From contig OY969801.1 of NCBI GenBank assembly GCA_963703225.1, positions 2,816,001 through 2,880,000 of the forward strand: a stretch of DNA of 64,000 bases. Reading direction: 5' to 3'. Positions 1 to 9,934 of the stretch are shown here, in pieces. Numbering within the stretch: the stretch's first letter is position 1; every line of letters begins with the position of its first letter. This DNA comes from Candidatus Eiseniibacteriota bacterium (GTDB lineage Bacteria; Eisenbacteria; RBG-16-71-46; SZUA-252). The position numbers and the translations under genes are program-made. Under the pieces are notes generated by a model. It was not told where the DNA came from and did not search any database. It was given only the letters and a program-made list of their open reading frames with translations.

Positions 1-1
1 C

Positions 2-1414
2 GACTTCGAGTTCAGTACTGATCCGCAGCCGGACAGCGAGCTGAAGCGAATGTTTCCATCGCTCCGCGACGCTTCAGGCGGATGGGCCATCGACGACGAG
101 ACGGGCCAGCAGAACATCGGGTTCACCGATGGGAACTGCGGGAAGACCGAGTTGACTTGGCCCGCCACACGCGAGGAGTGGTGGCCGATGGAGAACCCCG
201 GAGGCGGTGAGGACGGCCCGGACTGCTTCATCCAAGACGACATACTCGGGAATAACAATCGGACGTCAGGCGGCGTGTTCATCGAGAATACCGGCGGCGG
301 CGGAGCTAACGCTGATCTCAGCGTGCCAGACAACCTTATTCCCCACGTCTACCAACGAAGCGCCGGCGGCAGGGAGTTCTACCGTGACCTGTACCAGACC
401 GACGACAACCTATCCCAGGAGTCGGGTTTTCCCGATCCGCCCGGGAAACCGAAGTCCATGCTCCGGATCTACGGCGACATCCTGTACCCCATCGCCGCGG
501 TCTACGGAGCGGGCTTCATCCAGGCATTCCTGGACGAAGTGAATCCCCGGTTAGAGGCATCGGCCACTCTCATAGGGAAGGTCAACCCGCACAAGAAGAA
601 GGTCTGCTTCAGGGTAGAGCCCGTCGATAGCTCGTTCAGCCTGCTCGATGTTTCGCTGTCCAGTATCACGCTCGCGTTCCACGGGGACTTGATCTCCGCG
701 GTTCCGCCGACGCAGCTGGTGTATGAGTGCCTCGGGTCCGGCGACGGCGATGACGACGATGATGACGGGGATAACCCGCAGCCCGGCCATCACGGCAATG
801 GCAACGCCAATGGCCATGGCAAGGGCGACGGAAAGGGCCACGGCGATCGTGACGGAGATCGGCACGGCGATCGGGATCGCCGCCACCCCGCACACTCCGA
901 CAGCCGCGGGTGCGAACCGGACAGCTGCGTGCCTGCGTTCATCCAGGCGTGCTTCTCCACCCACGACATTCAGGCCTTGTTCGGTAGGATGTGCTCTGTT
1001 CCGGATAGCCTCAACGGCGCCACGATCCAGGGTGAGCTGACCAGCGGAAGAGTCTTCGTCGCCACGATCGGGGGGAAGCAGCCGGACGATGGAGACGATG
1101 AGGAGGACGGAGACAAGGATCAAACCAGCGACTGGAAGGGCAAACTGGCGGTTCGGATTCACCCGAATCCCATGAATCCCAAGACCGAAATCTCCTTCAC
1201 GATCGGTCAGTCAAGCCAGGTACGCGTCGCGGTCTACGATCTGGCCGGAAGACTCGTGAAGACGATTCATGAGGGTGACCTCCCGGCCGGCGCGAACACG
1301 CTCTCATGGAATGGAACAACCGGCAAGGGCACCCGGGCAAGCTCCGGTATCTATTTCGTGAGCGTGGAGGCGGCCAACCTCAAGGAAGTGAAGCGCGTAG
1401 CCGTCGTCAAGTAG
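2..1414 (+). CDS. Secreted protein with C-terminal FlgD-Ig/T9SS-like sorting domain (5' part outside window)
   Basis: Frame is open from base 2. Ends HPNPMNPKTEISF...VYDLAGRLVKTI...WNG...SGIYF...VAVVK. Contains an Asp/His/Gly low-complexity insert. Confidence 0.8.
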   Translation, partial: DFEFSTDPQPDSELKRMFPSLRDASGGWAIDDETGQQNIGFTDGNCGKTELTWPATREEWWPMENPGGGEDGPDCFIQDDILGNNNRTSGGVFIENTGGGGANADLSVPDNLIPHVYQRSAGGREFYRDLYQTDDNLSQESGFPDPPGKPKSMLRIYGDILYPIAAVYGAGFIQAFLDEVNPRLEASATLIGKVNPHKKKVCFRVEPVDSSFSLLDVSLSSITLAFHGDLISAVPPTQLVYECLGSGDGDDDDDDGDNPQPGHHGNGNANGHGKGDGKGHGDRDGDRHGDRDRRHPAHSDSRGCEPDSCVPAFIQACFSTHDIQALFGRMCSVPDSLNGATIQGELTSGRVFVATIGGKQPDDGDDEEDGDKDQTSDWKGKLAVRIHPNPMNPKTEISFTIGQSSQVRVAVYDLAGRLVKTIHEGDLPAGANTLSWNGTTGKGTRASSGIYFVSVEAANLKEVKRVAVVK

Positions 1415-1433
1415 CTTCTGCGTGGGATTACGG

Positions 1434-1463
1434 CGGGCGGCGGTCTAGGACGACCGCCGCCCG
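1434..1463. terminator. GC-rich hairpin between convergent genes, possible terminator
   Basis: cgggcggcggtc / gaccgccgcccg, a perfect 12-bp stem with 6-nt loop. No U-tract. Confidence 0.45.
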
Positions 1464-1478
1464 TGTTGCGCGGGTACT

Positions 1479-1900
1479 TCACCTGGCCACAATGACCTTC
1501 CGCACCTGCACCTGCCCCGCGGACTCCAGCTTGGCAAAGTAGGTGCCTGACGCGACGGGCCGGCCCAAAGCATCCCTTCCGTCCCAACCCGCCATGCGCC
1601 AGCCCGACGGCATCGTCTGATCGAATAGGATAACCACCTTTCGACCCGCCACGGTGTAGATGGCTAGCTTCGCCGGGCCGCCCTTGGGAACTGCAAAGTT
1701 CAAATTCGTCCGCGCTCCGAAGGGATTCGGGTAAACGGGATCGAGCCGCAACGCCAGCGGCGCGCCTGCCTCCGTGGGCACGTTCACCCAGACCTCACCG
1801 GAGTACCCCTGGTCTCCCACTGTCTGGACCAGGAGCCGATAGGCGTACCGCTCGCCCGGGACCGCGGTGCGATCCTCATAGGCGATCCGGGTGCCCGACT
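1479..1900 (-). pseudogene. Orphan 3' fragment of a FlgD-CTD protein, paralogous to the C-terminus of 6576-9347
   Basis: YEDR...GERYAYRL...LALRLDPVYPNPFGART...KVIVAR closely matches the end of the VCBS gene. No credible N-terminus or signal peptide. Confidence 0.75.
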
Positions 1901-1999
1901 CTACAGACGCACGCGTGGCCGACCAAGCCACCCAGCTCTTCGCCCGTTCCGCAATCTCCACCATTCCCCTTGATGGCGAATGCTCCAACTCGCCCCAAT

Positions 2000-2276
2000 C
2001 CTCAAGGCCTTTCGGCCCAGCGGCTTGCCCTTCGCGGCTAGCCGGCGGCGCTGATCATCCGTGAAGCGCAGGCGCTTCCCGCCCGACTCGAGCTGCTCCT
2101 TGAGGACTCGGTTCTCTTCGATCAGATAGGCGATCACGCTGGCTTGCTGGCGATTGGCCCAGGCGGCGAAGGTTGCCAGGAGCAGCTGGAACTGGATCGT
2201 GTCGATCATCGGGGGAGGGTATCAGACGGGTGGCAACCCGTGACGCCCCAGCAGATTTGACTTTTCGGATACTACG
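2000..2276 (-). mobile_element. Truncated IS end: terminal inverted repeat plus transposase N-terminus (integrase-core/DDE type)
   Basis: [40 protein letters not shown]...RRRLAAKG. End motif gacttttcggatactacg is shared with the copies at 5806-6416 and 31999-32466. Confidence 0.7.
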
Positions 2277-3452
2277 CTACCTCACAAGTCGCCACGTGAC
2301 CTGCGCCGTGGCGCCCGACTCGCTCACGAACCGCACGAAATAGGCGCCCGGGTTCAGCCCCGGCGGATCCCACCGGATCGCCGCAGGCCCCGCGGCCATC
2401 GACTCGAATGAACGCACCGCCCGCAGGCGCCCCTGCACGTCGTACAGCTCCAGCCTCACGTTGTCCGCCTTGGACAGCACGAATGGGAATGTCGCGCCGC
2501 CCGCTCCCACACGCGGATTCGGATATGGACGCGACACCTGGAACCTGGGCGGTGATGGATCGCTCGCGACTCCCGTCACCTGTGGCGTGTCGGTCCCCAG
2601 CGCCATCACGTGGAGCTGGTTGATCGCGCCCACCCAGCTCCACGAGGCACCGTTTGACGAAGTGGCCACTTCCCCTTCCTTCGTCGCCGCGACGAGCTGT
2701 CCGCCATGGTCCACCAGCGCGCTCATGCTCCCCTGGGATAGCGCACCCACAGCGATCCAGCTCACGCCGTAGTTCAAGCTCCGGTACACCTCGCCCGTCT
2801 TCGCCAGCACGTAAAGCTCCGGCCCAAGGCGCCGGATCGAGACAGCGTTCGACGTCGTGATGGCGCCCACGGTCGCCCAGGTGGCGCCCTGGTCCCGGCT
2901 CTCCGCGACCTGTCCCGTCTCGGTCAGCGCGTAGAGCCTCCCGAGCGGGCCGCGGGCCAGGCTCACCCAATCGGAGCCGGTGAGCGACGCGATGGCCGAG
3001 AAATTCACGCCCTGGTTGCTGGAAGAATAGAGGGTCCCGGTTCGGGTCAGCACCAGCACGTCGCCGTAGGGGCCCAGCACGAAGCCGGCGGCATCGGAGG
3101 CCGTGACGGTTCCGACGGCGGTCCAGTTGGCACCCCCGTTCGTGGTCCGGTAGATCGTCCCGGAGCGAGAGGCGAGATAGAGTTCCGAGGTGGCCGCACC
3201 CGCCGCGAGACCCACGGCGTCGTGCACAGGGATGGCTCCTATCGCCGACCAGGTCATGCCATTGTTCGTCGACCGATAGAGCTCCCCCGTGTCCAGGAGG
3301 CCGAAGAGATTAGCGGCAAGGGCTTGCGCGGGGACGAGAGTGATGGGCATCGCGAGGGTCACCGCAACCGCGAGGGTCACCGCAACCGCGAGAGCCCTCG
3401 CTCCCGTCGCGACGCGCATATTGGCTCGAGTACCGCGGGCGCTCCGTTTCAC
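2277..3452 (-). CDS. Secreted BNR/Asp-box beta-propeller protein with FlgD-like CTD
   Basis: Signal peptide, repeated YRSxxxGxxW (Asp-box) motifs, YPNP...LYDVQGR CTD. Paralog of 33605-34747. Confidence 0.8.
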   Translation of the reverse strand: MKRSARGTRANMRVATGARALAVAVTLAVAVTLAMPITLVPAQALAANLFGLLDTGELYRSTNNGMTWSAIGAIPVHDAVGLAAGAATSELYLASRSGTIYRTTNGGANWTAVGTVTASDAAGFVLGPYGDVLVLTRTGTLYSSSNQGVNFSAIASLTGSDWVSLARGPLGRLYALTETGQVAESRDQGATWATVGAITTSNAVSIRRLGPELYVLAKTGEVYRSLNYGVSWIAVGALSQGSMSALVDHGGQLVAATKEGEVATSSNGASWSWVGAINQLHVMALGTDTPQVTGVASDPSPPRFQVSRPYPNPRVGAGGATFPFVLSKADNVRLELYDVQGRLRAVRSFESMAAGPAAIRWDPPGLNPGAYFVRFVSESGATAQVTWRLVR

Positions 3453-5680
3453 CGCGCCACGGCCAGTTTGAGTGTCCGCTCCTCCCCGGCGCTCTTCGCC
3501 TTCAGGAAGTAGATCCCGCTCGACACTCGCCGCCCTTGTTCATCCCGCCCGTCCCAGCTCACCACCTGATAGCCCGCTCCATAGCTCCCTCGGGCAATCC
3601 GCCTCACCAAGCGCCCCGAGACGTCGAATACCGACACCTCCGCCGATCCCAAGCCTCCCCCCAACCCCCCAAATGTCGCGAACGATATCGTTAGGGGCCC
3701 ACCCCGATACGGTAGCGGCCACGCACCGAGAGGCGCCAGGGGGCGAAGGCTCGCCTCTCCCAGCCACAGTTCCTCCCCAAACCCGTTCACCGCGAAGAGC
3801 CGGTACTGGGTGCCCGGACCTCCTTGAGGATCGGTGACGGAAGTCTCCCTGGTCAGCGCGACGAGGGTCCGCCAGCCGGCGGTGCCCGCCGCCGAGCGCT
3901 CCACCCGATAGCCCGAAAGACCGTCGGGCCCAGGATCCGTCGACCACGTGATCGATGCGCCACCCCCAGGCACCGGTGCCGCCAGCAGCGACAAGAGCGC
4001 CACGGACGTCTGGATCGTGAACAGAGAGTCACTCTTGTCGCTCCCGCCGATTGCGGGATCCGACGGCGTCACCCGGAACATCGCGAACCGACTCGGCGTG
4101 TGCGGCACTCGGATCGACACCGCGTTCGACGGCGAGCCGCCCACGCCGCTCTCCAGGAGGGAGAAGGAGTTCCCACCGTCGGCCGAGAGCCACACATCCG
4201 CCCGCTCCGCCCCGACCCACGACACGGTTTTCATCGCCCCCACGTTCCATGTCTCACCGCCGTTGGGAGAGAGGAGGAAGTAACGATTGCTGTTGTAGAG
4301 GTAGGCCCTACCCGCGGTCACCCCCCCGGCGTCGTTCCCGGGCGCTCCTACAATCAGATCATCGATGCCGTCACCGGTCACATCTCCCGCCGAAGCCACC
4401 CAATAACCGAAGATGTCCCCGGCGGCTTCGCCTGTGAGCATCAGGTCCGGCACCACGTCAGCGCCTGGACCCCCATAGAACACATACGCTCGACCTGCGT
4501 CCACGCCCGCCAAGTCGTTGTAGATTGCCCCCACAATCATGTCCGCGAACCCATCCCCGTTCACATCCCCTGCCGATGCCACCGAAAAGCCGAAGTGGTC
4601 GTTCGCGGCGGCGCCGATCATGGTTCGATCTGCCGATGCATCCGCGTTGGGGCCGCCGTAGTATACAAACGCAGCCCCCGCATCCACGCCACCGGCATCG
4701 CTCTGATGGGCTCCAACAATCACGTCGGGGTAGCCATCCCCATTCACATCGCCGGCCGATGCCACTGACAGACCAAAGTCGCCGCTCACCTCTCCACCGG
4801 TCAGTAGGAGGTCTGCCGTCCCGTCTGGTATTCGCCCCCCGTAGTAGACGTAGGCCCGGCCGGCATCTCCACCACCGGCATCGTTCGTGGGCGCACCCAC
4901 GATAATGTCGCCGTAACCGTCCCCGTTCACGTCCCCGGCCGAGGCCACTGAGAACCCGAACTGGTCGCCTGCCGCCGCGCCCGTCAGCGTCAAGTCGGCC
5001 ACTGCGTCCGCGCCAGGCCCCCCGAAGTACACATACGCTCGACCTGCGTCCACGCCCCCGGCGTCGTTCGACCGTGCTCCCACGACAACATCTGCAAACC
5101 CGTCTCCGTTCACGTCCCCCGCCGAGGACACCGACCTGTCGTCGCCGAAGAGGTCCCCCGTCGCGGCGCCGGTGAGGGTCAGATCCGCCACAGCGTCTGG
5201 GCTGAGCCCACCGTAATACACGTATGCCCGGCCGGCATCCCCACCTCCGGCATCGTTCCTGCCCGCCCCAACGATCAGATCCTCAAACCCATCCCCATTC
5301 ACGTCTCCCGCAGAGGAGACGACTCGACCAAAATTGTCGCCACCCGGGGGTTCTCCGATCAGCGTCAGGTCCGCCACAGCGTCCGCACCTGGACCGCCGT
5401 AGTACACGTGCGCCCGACCGGCAGACCCGGACCCCACAATCAAGTCCCTGAACCCATCGCCGTTCAAGTCTCCCGCCGACACCGAAAAGCCAAACTCGCC
5501 GTTCGCTATTGCACCGGTAGTCGTGATCTGCAGCCTGCTCGCGGCAGCCGGGGGTGCCGCGACGGCAGGTCGCACCCCCATCGCAACCACCAGCGTTGCA
5601 ACGGCCGCGAGCATGATGGAACTCCTGAGCTTGGGACGTCTCGAGGACAAGGCACCGTTCGGAGCATTCGATGTCGGCAT
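3449..5680 (-). CDS. Secreted FG-GAP (integrin-alpha-like) repeat protein with FlgD-like CTD
   Basis: Seven FGxSVxxAGDVNGDGxxDxxVGA...GRAYVYYG repeats. C-terminal FDVSGRLVR...WDGRD...SGIYF. Overlaps the downstream gene by 4 nt. Confidence 0.9.
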   Translation of the reverse strand: MPTSNAPNGALSSRRPKLRSSIMLAAVATLVVAMGVRPAVAAPPAAASRLQITTTGAIANGEFGFSVSAGDLNGDGFRDLIVGSGSAGRAHVYYGGPGADAVADLTLIGEPPGGDNFGRVVSSAGDVNGDGFEDLIVGAGRNDAGGGDAGRAYVYYGGLSPDAVADLTLTGAATGDLFGDDRSVSSAGDVNGDGFADVVVGARSNDAGGVDAGRAYVYFGGPGADAVADLTLTGAAAGDQFGFSVASAGDVNGDGYGDIIVGAPTNDAGGGDAGRAYVYYGGRIPDGTADLLLTGGEVSGDFGLSVASAGDVNGDGYPDVIVGAHQSDAGGVDAGAAFVYYGGPNADASADRTMIGAAANDHFGFSVASAGDVNGDGFADMIVGAIYNDLAGVDAGRAYVFYGGPGADVVPDLMLTGEAAGDIFGYWVASAGDVTGDGIDDLIVGAPGNDAGGVTAGRAYLYNSNRYFLLSPNGGETWNVGAMKTVSWVGAERADVWLSADGGNSFSLLESGVGGSPSNAVSIRVPHTPSRFAMFRVTPSDPAIGGSDKSDSLFTIQTSVALLSLLAAPVPGGGASITWSTDPGPDGLSGYRVERSAAGTAGWRTLVALTRETSVTDPQGGPGTQYRLFAVNGFGEELWLGEASLRPLAPLGAWPLPYRGGPLTISFATFGGLGGGLGSAEVSVFDVSGRLVRRIARGSYGAGYQVVSWDGRDEQGRRVSSGIYFLKAKSAGEERTLKLAVAR

Positions 5681-5805
5681 GACTACCTCCGGGTGTCTGG
5701 ACGTTTCGTCGTCTCTCGGGGAGGCTTGGAGCGTACTCCTCGGTATTTCCAGTCACAATTATCCCTTGGTATATCGACTCGCCCGGCGCGGGCGCGCGCA
5801 GATCC

Positions 5806-6416
5806 CGTAGTATCCGAAAAGTCGGTCCGGGGCACCTGGCTCACGCCGCCTTCCGGTGATAGTACATGAGGAGTCCCCCGAGCCGCTCGCTCGCCCCGAT
5901 CCTGCCCTCGCACTGCACCGGTGTCCCGCTCGGAATCTCGTTCCCCAGCCCCAGATGGCTCCGCTCGTGATGATAGTGGCCGACGTACTCGGCGATGGCC
6001 TTCTCTAACGAAGCTCGGCCCACGAAGATCATCTGATCTAGGCACTCTGACCGGATCGATCGCACGAAGCGCTCGGCGTCAACTTGGCCGCGATGAGCCT
6101 GCGGTGCCACACGAGGATTGTCTCGGGCGTCACGATCGTCGCGATCTGCCGCAACGCCTTGAGGCCTAATGGCCTGCCCTTTGCGGCCAGCCGGCGGCGC
6201 TGGTCATCCGTGAAGCGGAGCAGCTTCCCGCCCGACTTGAGCTGCTCCTTGAGGACGAGGTTCTCTTCGACTAGGTAGGCGATCACGGTTCCTTGGCGAC
6301 GATTGGCCCAGGCCGAAAAGGTCGCCAGGAGTAGCTGGAGTTCGATCATCCGGGGAGCGTATCAGATGGGTGGCAACTCGTAGCGGTACAGCGGAATCGA
6401 CTTTTCGGATACTACG
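5806..6416 (-). mobile_element. Internally deleted IS (non-autonomous) with 19-bp terminal inverted repeats
   Basis: cgtagtatccgaaaagtcg (5806-5824) / cgacttttcggatactacg (6398-6416). Contains a transposase N-terminus (6038-6349) joined to an integrase-core C-terminus (AERFVRSIRSECLD...ERLGGLLMYYHRKAA). Confidence 0.8.
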
Positions 6417-6471
6417 CGGTTGCCGAACGGATCGCAAACCCGTTACCCTCCCCCATGGCCAACCTCCGGAA

Positions 6472-6550
6472 TGGGTGTGGTGGACAACTGACCATTGCCA
6501 CCACAAAATAGCCCACCCGCCGACTGGCCTTCTCATCCCATGTGCGAACC
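6472..6550. repeat. 79-bp non-coding repeat, also at 38734-38812
   Basis: tgggtgtggtg..caac.gacc.ttgccaccacaaaatagcccacccgc....tggccttctcatcccatgtgcgaacc is present at both sites. Confidence 0.85.
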
Positions 6551-6575
6551 TATCATGCACCGCGAACAGGGAGCC

Positions 6576-9347
6576 TCACCTGGCCACGATAACCTTTCGC
6601 ACCTGTGCCTGCCCCGCGGATTCCAGCTTGGCGAAGTAGGTGCCAGACGCGACCGGCCGGCCCGATGCATCTCTTCCGTCCCACGCAACCAAGTGCCAGC
6701 CCGACGGCAGCGCCTGATCGAATATCGTAACCACCTTTCGACCCGCCACGGTGTAGATGGCCAGCCTGACCGGGCCCCCCCTGGGAACCGCAAAGTTCAG
6801 ACTCGTCCGCGCCCCGAAGGGATTCGGGTAGATGGGATCGAGTCGCAACGCGAGCGGCGCGCCCGTCGCAGTCGGCACACTCACCCATTCCTCGTTCGAA
6901 TAGCCTTGATCGCTCGAAGACTGCACGAAGAGCCGGTACGCGTAGCGCTCCCCCGGCGTCACCGCACGGTCTTCGTAGCGGACCGAACTGGCGCTCTCGG
7001 CGTCTGCGAGCCCTAGATCTGCCCAGTCGCAGGCCGCGGTACGTCGCTGCACTGTGCAGATCATGGTCCTCGCGTGTGGGACGATCCAGCGAAGACGAAC
7101 AATCCCAACCTCCGCCTGCGCGTCCTGAAGGGCCACGGAGATTGCGGTCGGGATGCCTGGGCCAAGGTTCACCAGCACCGATACGGTGCTGGAGTTTTGG
7201 TTCGCCGTCACGAGATCCAGCTTCCCGTCTCCATTTACGTCCCCGATCGCGACGGAGCGGGGACCACTGACCGCGCCGTAGTCCATCCTCGCCCCAAAGG
7301 TCCCGTCACCGTTGCCCAAGAGAACGGACACGGTGTTGGAGCCGGCATTGGCCGTGGCAATGTCCGGCCTTCCATCACCGCTCAAATCTCCGATCGCGAC
7401 GGACTGGGGAAGACGCCCCGTGCCGTACTCCACCTTTGCCCCGAAGCTCCCGTCCCCATTGCCAAGGAGAACTGCCACGGTATTGGAGTTCCCATTAATA
7501 TTCGCCACCGCGAGATCCGGCTTCCCGTCCCCGCTCACATCCCCGATCGCGACGGAACGGGGACCCCCACCTGCACCGTAGCCCACCTTTGCCCGGAAGG
7601 TCCCGTCCCCGTTGCCCAACAGCACGGACACCGTGTAGGACCCAAAGTCCGCCACCGCGAGATCCGGCTTCCCATCGCCACTCAAATCTCCGATCGCGAC
7701 GGAGAAGGGAAAGCTACCCGTGCCGTAGTCCGCCTTCGCCCCCAGGGTCCCGTCCCCATTGCCCAGGAAGACAGAAACGGTGTGGACGTCATCATTCGCC
7801 GTCGCGAGATCCGGAAACCCATCTCCGCTTACATCGCCAAGCGCGACGGAAATGGGACCGCTCCCGGTCCCGTAGTCCACCTTCGCTCCGAAGCCCCCGC
7901 CCCCAGTGCCCAAGAGCACGGAAACTGTGCTGGCGCTGACGTTCGCCGCTGCGAGGTCCCCCCTCCCATCGCCGTTCAGATCTCCGATCGCCACGGAGTA
8001 TGGACTGAGCCCCGTCGCGAAGTCCGTCTTCGCCACAAAGGTTCCATCCCCATTGCCCCGAAGAACGGATACGGTGTTGTCGAGGACATTCGCCGCCACG
8101 AGATCCAGCTTCCCATCCCCGTTCAGCTCTCCAATCGCGACGGAGTAGGGAGTGAGTCCCGTACCGTAGTCCAACTTCGTCCCCAGGGTTCCGTCACCAT
8201 TGCCCAAGAGAACGGAGACATTGTTGATGCTTTCGTTCGCCGTCGCTAGGTCCTCCCTCCCATCCCCGTTCAGATCTCCGATTGCGACCGAATAGGGGCC
8301 ACCGCCTGTCCCATAATCCACCTTCGCCGCAAAGGTCCCATCCCCATTCCCTAAGAGAACGGACACGCTACCCGAGCCACTGTTCGCCACCGCGAGATCC
8401 GGCTTCCCATCCGCGTTCAAATCTCCGATTGCAACGGAATTGGGGCCGCCCCCTGTCCCATAGTCCACCTTCGCCCCGAAGGTCCCATCCCCATTACCCA
8501 GGAGAGCGGACACGGTGCCGTCGCCGCCATTCACCACCGCGAGATCCGGCTTCCCGTCCACGTTCACATCTCCAATGGCAACGGAGTTGGGATTGTCGCC
8601 CGCCCCATAATCCACCTTCGCCGCAAAGGTTCCGTCGCCATTGCCTAGGAGAACGGACACTGCGCCCAAGCCGCCGTTTGCCACTGCGAGATCCGGCTTC
8701 CCGTCCCCGCTCACATCCCAGATCGCTACGGCCCGGGGAGTGCCCCCTGTCCAGTAGTCGACACTTGTGCCAAAGCTTCCGTCGCCATTGCCCAAGAGTA
8801 CGGAAACGGCCGACGAACCGCCATTCGCCACCACAAGATCCGCTTTGCCATCCCCACTTACATCGCTGATCGAGACGGAGAGCGGACTGTCCACCGATCC
8901 GTCCACCTCCGCCACGAAGGTCCCATCCCCATTGCCCAATAGAACGGACAAGGTGCCGGAGAGGTAACTCGCCACCGCGAGATCCGGCTTTCCGTCCCCG
9001 CTCACATCCCCGATCGCGACAGATGAACTGCCCCCCACCCCGCATTCCACCTTCTCCCCAAATGTCCCATCCCCATTGCCAAGGAGAATGGACACGGTGC
9101 GGGCTCCCTCGGTCGCCACTGCGAGATCTGGCCTCCCGTCTCCGTTCAAATCTCCGATCGCGACGGAAAATGGCGCGGTGCCCGTATCGAATGATAGAAA
9201 GGCCGCCGCGAACATGGGGCCACCCCATGAACGTCCCGCAGAGGCGGCAGATAGGGCTATCCAGACGACGAGCAGGAAGTCAAATCGCAGCGTGATGTGG
9301 TGGCGATTCCTGGAACGGCAAGTCACGGAAACTGGAGAACCGCTCAT
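6576..9347 (-). CDS. Secreted VCBS/FG-GAP-like repeat protein with FlgD-like CTD
   Basis: About 14 repeats of PxSVAIGDxxGDGKPDLAVAN...VSVLLGNGDGTF, a signal peptide, and a YPNPF...KVIVAR CTD. Confidence 0.9.
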   Translation of the reverse strand: MSGSPVSVTCRSRNRHHITLRFDFLLVVWIALSAASAGRSWGGPMFAAAFLSFDTGTAPFSVAIGDLNGDGRPDLAVATEGARTVSILLGNGDGTFGEKVECGVGGSSSVAIGDVSGDGKPDLAVASYLSGTLSVLLGNGDGTFVAEVDGSVDSPLSVSISDVSGDGKADLVVANGGSSAVSVLLGNGDGSFGTSVDYWTGGTPRAVAIWDVSGDGKPDLAVANGGLGAVSVLLGNGDGTFAAKVDYGAGDNPNSVAIGDVNVDGKPDLAVVNGGDGTVSALLGNGDGTFGAKVDYGTGGGPNSVAIGDLNADGKPDLAVANSGSGSVSVLLGNGDGTFAAKVDYGTGGGPYSVAIGDLNGDGREDLATANESINNVSVLLGNGDGTLGTKLDYGTGLTPYSVAIGELNGDGKLDLVAANVLDNTVSVLRGNGDGTFVAKTDFATGLSPYSVAIGDLNGDGRGDLAAANVSASTVSVLLGTGGGGFGAKVDYGTGSGPISVALGDVSGDGFPDLATANDDVHTVSVFLGNGDGTLGAKADYGTGSFPFSVAIGDLSGDGKPDLAVADFGSYTVSVLLGNGDGTFRAKVGYGAGGGPRSVAIGDVSGDGKPDLAVANINGNSNTVAVLLGNGDGSFGAKVEYGTGRLPQSVAIGDLSGDGRPDIATANAGSNTVSVLLGNGDGTFGARMDYGAVSGPRSVAIGDVNGDGKLDLVTANQNSSTVSVLVNLGPGIPTAISVALQDAQAEVGIVRLRWIVPHARTMICTVQRRTAACDWADLGLADAESASSVRYEDRAVTPGERYAYRLFVQSSSDQGYSNEEWVSVPTATGAPLALRLDPIYPNPFGARTSLNFAVPRGGPVRLAIYTVAGRKVVTIFDQALPSGWHLVAWDGRDASGRPVASGTYFAKLESAGQAQVRKVIVAR

Positions 9348-9569
9348 AGCAACGTCCTACTTTGCAGACACTACCGGCGCATGCCTTGGTGCATCTATCG
9401 CCTCGCGCGAAGCCAGCGATCCATCGCAGAAGGAGGGCGCCCATAGGGGCACGGCGCTCCAAGAGTATAGGCCTTAGTCAGGGCCAACGCGTGGGCCGAA
9501 GAGTGGCCTCAGGGGCCCTCAGCACCGTGCGTCGGATGTGCGAGGACCCCGGCGACACACGCATCCCGG

Positions 9570-9626
9570 GAAGTAGACGCCTGAGGACGCGCGCTGCCCA
9601 TCGCCGAGGTTGCCATCCCAGGTGAC
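9570..9626 (-). pseudogene. Tiny orphan FlgD-CTD fragment
   Basis: Translates as VTWDGNLGDGQRASSGVYF, embedded in non-coding repeat DNA. Confidence 0.55.
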
Positions 9627-9630
9627 TCTC

Positions 9631-9883
9631 CCAGAGAGCCAGAGAAGAAGAGAGCCATTCTGCTCGACTGTGATACATCGTCTGCTCACGGTGGGCGAGC
9701 CTAGGCGAAATGCGGGTGAATCTCCGACACATGTCGGAAAGATCCAGTCTCCACAACATCGCACGTGTTCGCCAGATGTGCGAAGGCCCCGGCGACACAT
9801 GCCGCCGGGGCCGAACCACCAGGAACCTGCGCTCTCCGCAGGCTCTCCACCTTGCGCTCCCCAAACGTAACCCTTCGCGAACT
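9631..9883. repeat. ~250-bp repeat family, copy a
   Basis: Starts cagagagccagaga, has an internal ccccgg...ccgggg hairpin, ends ctccccaaacgtaacccttcgcgaact. Confidence 0.75.
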
Positions 9884-9934
9884 AAGTGCCAGACTCGGCC
9901 CTCCCCATCGAACCTGGACTCAGTCTCGATTACT

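Noticed and set aside
3351..3392. 18-bp tandem duplication
   Set aside because: It is an in-frame AVAVTL duplication in a signal peptide, consistent with ordinary slippage.
9857..9883. 27-bp motif as a dif/Xer site or classical attC
   Set aside because: The reverse strand loosely resembles dif arms, but the spacing is wrong. No RYYYAAC/GTTRRRY pair and no IntI-type integrase is seen.
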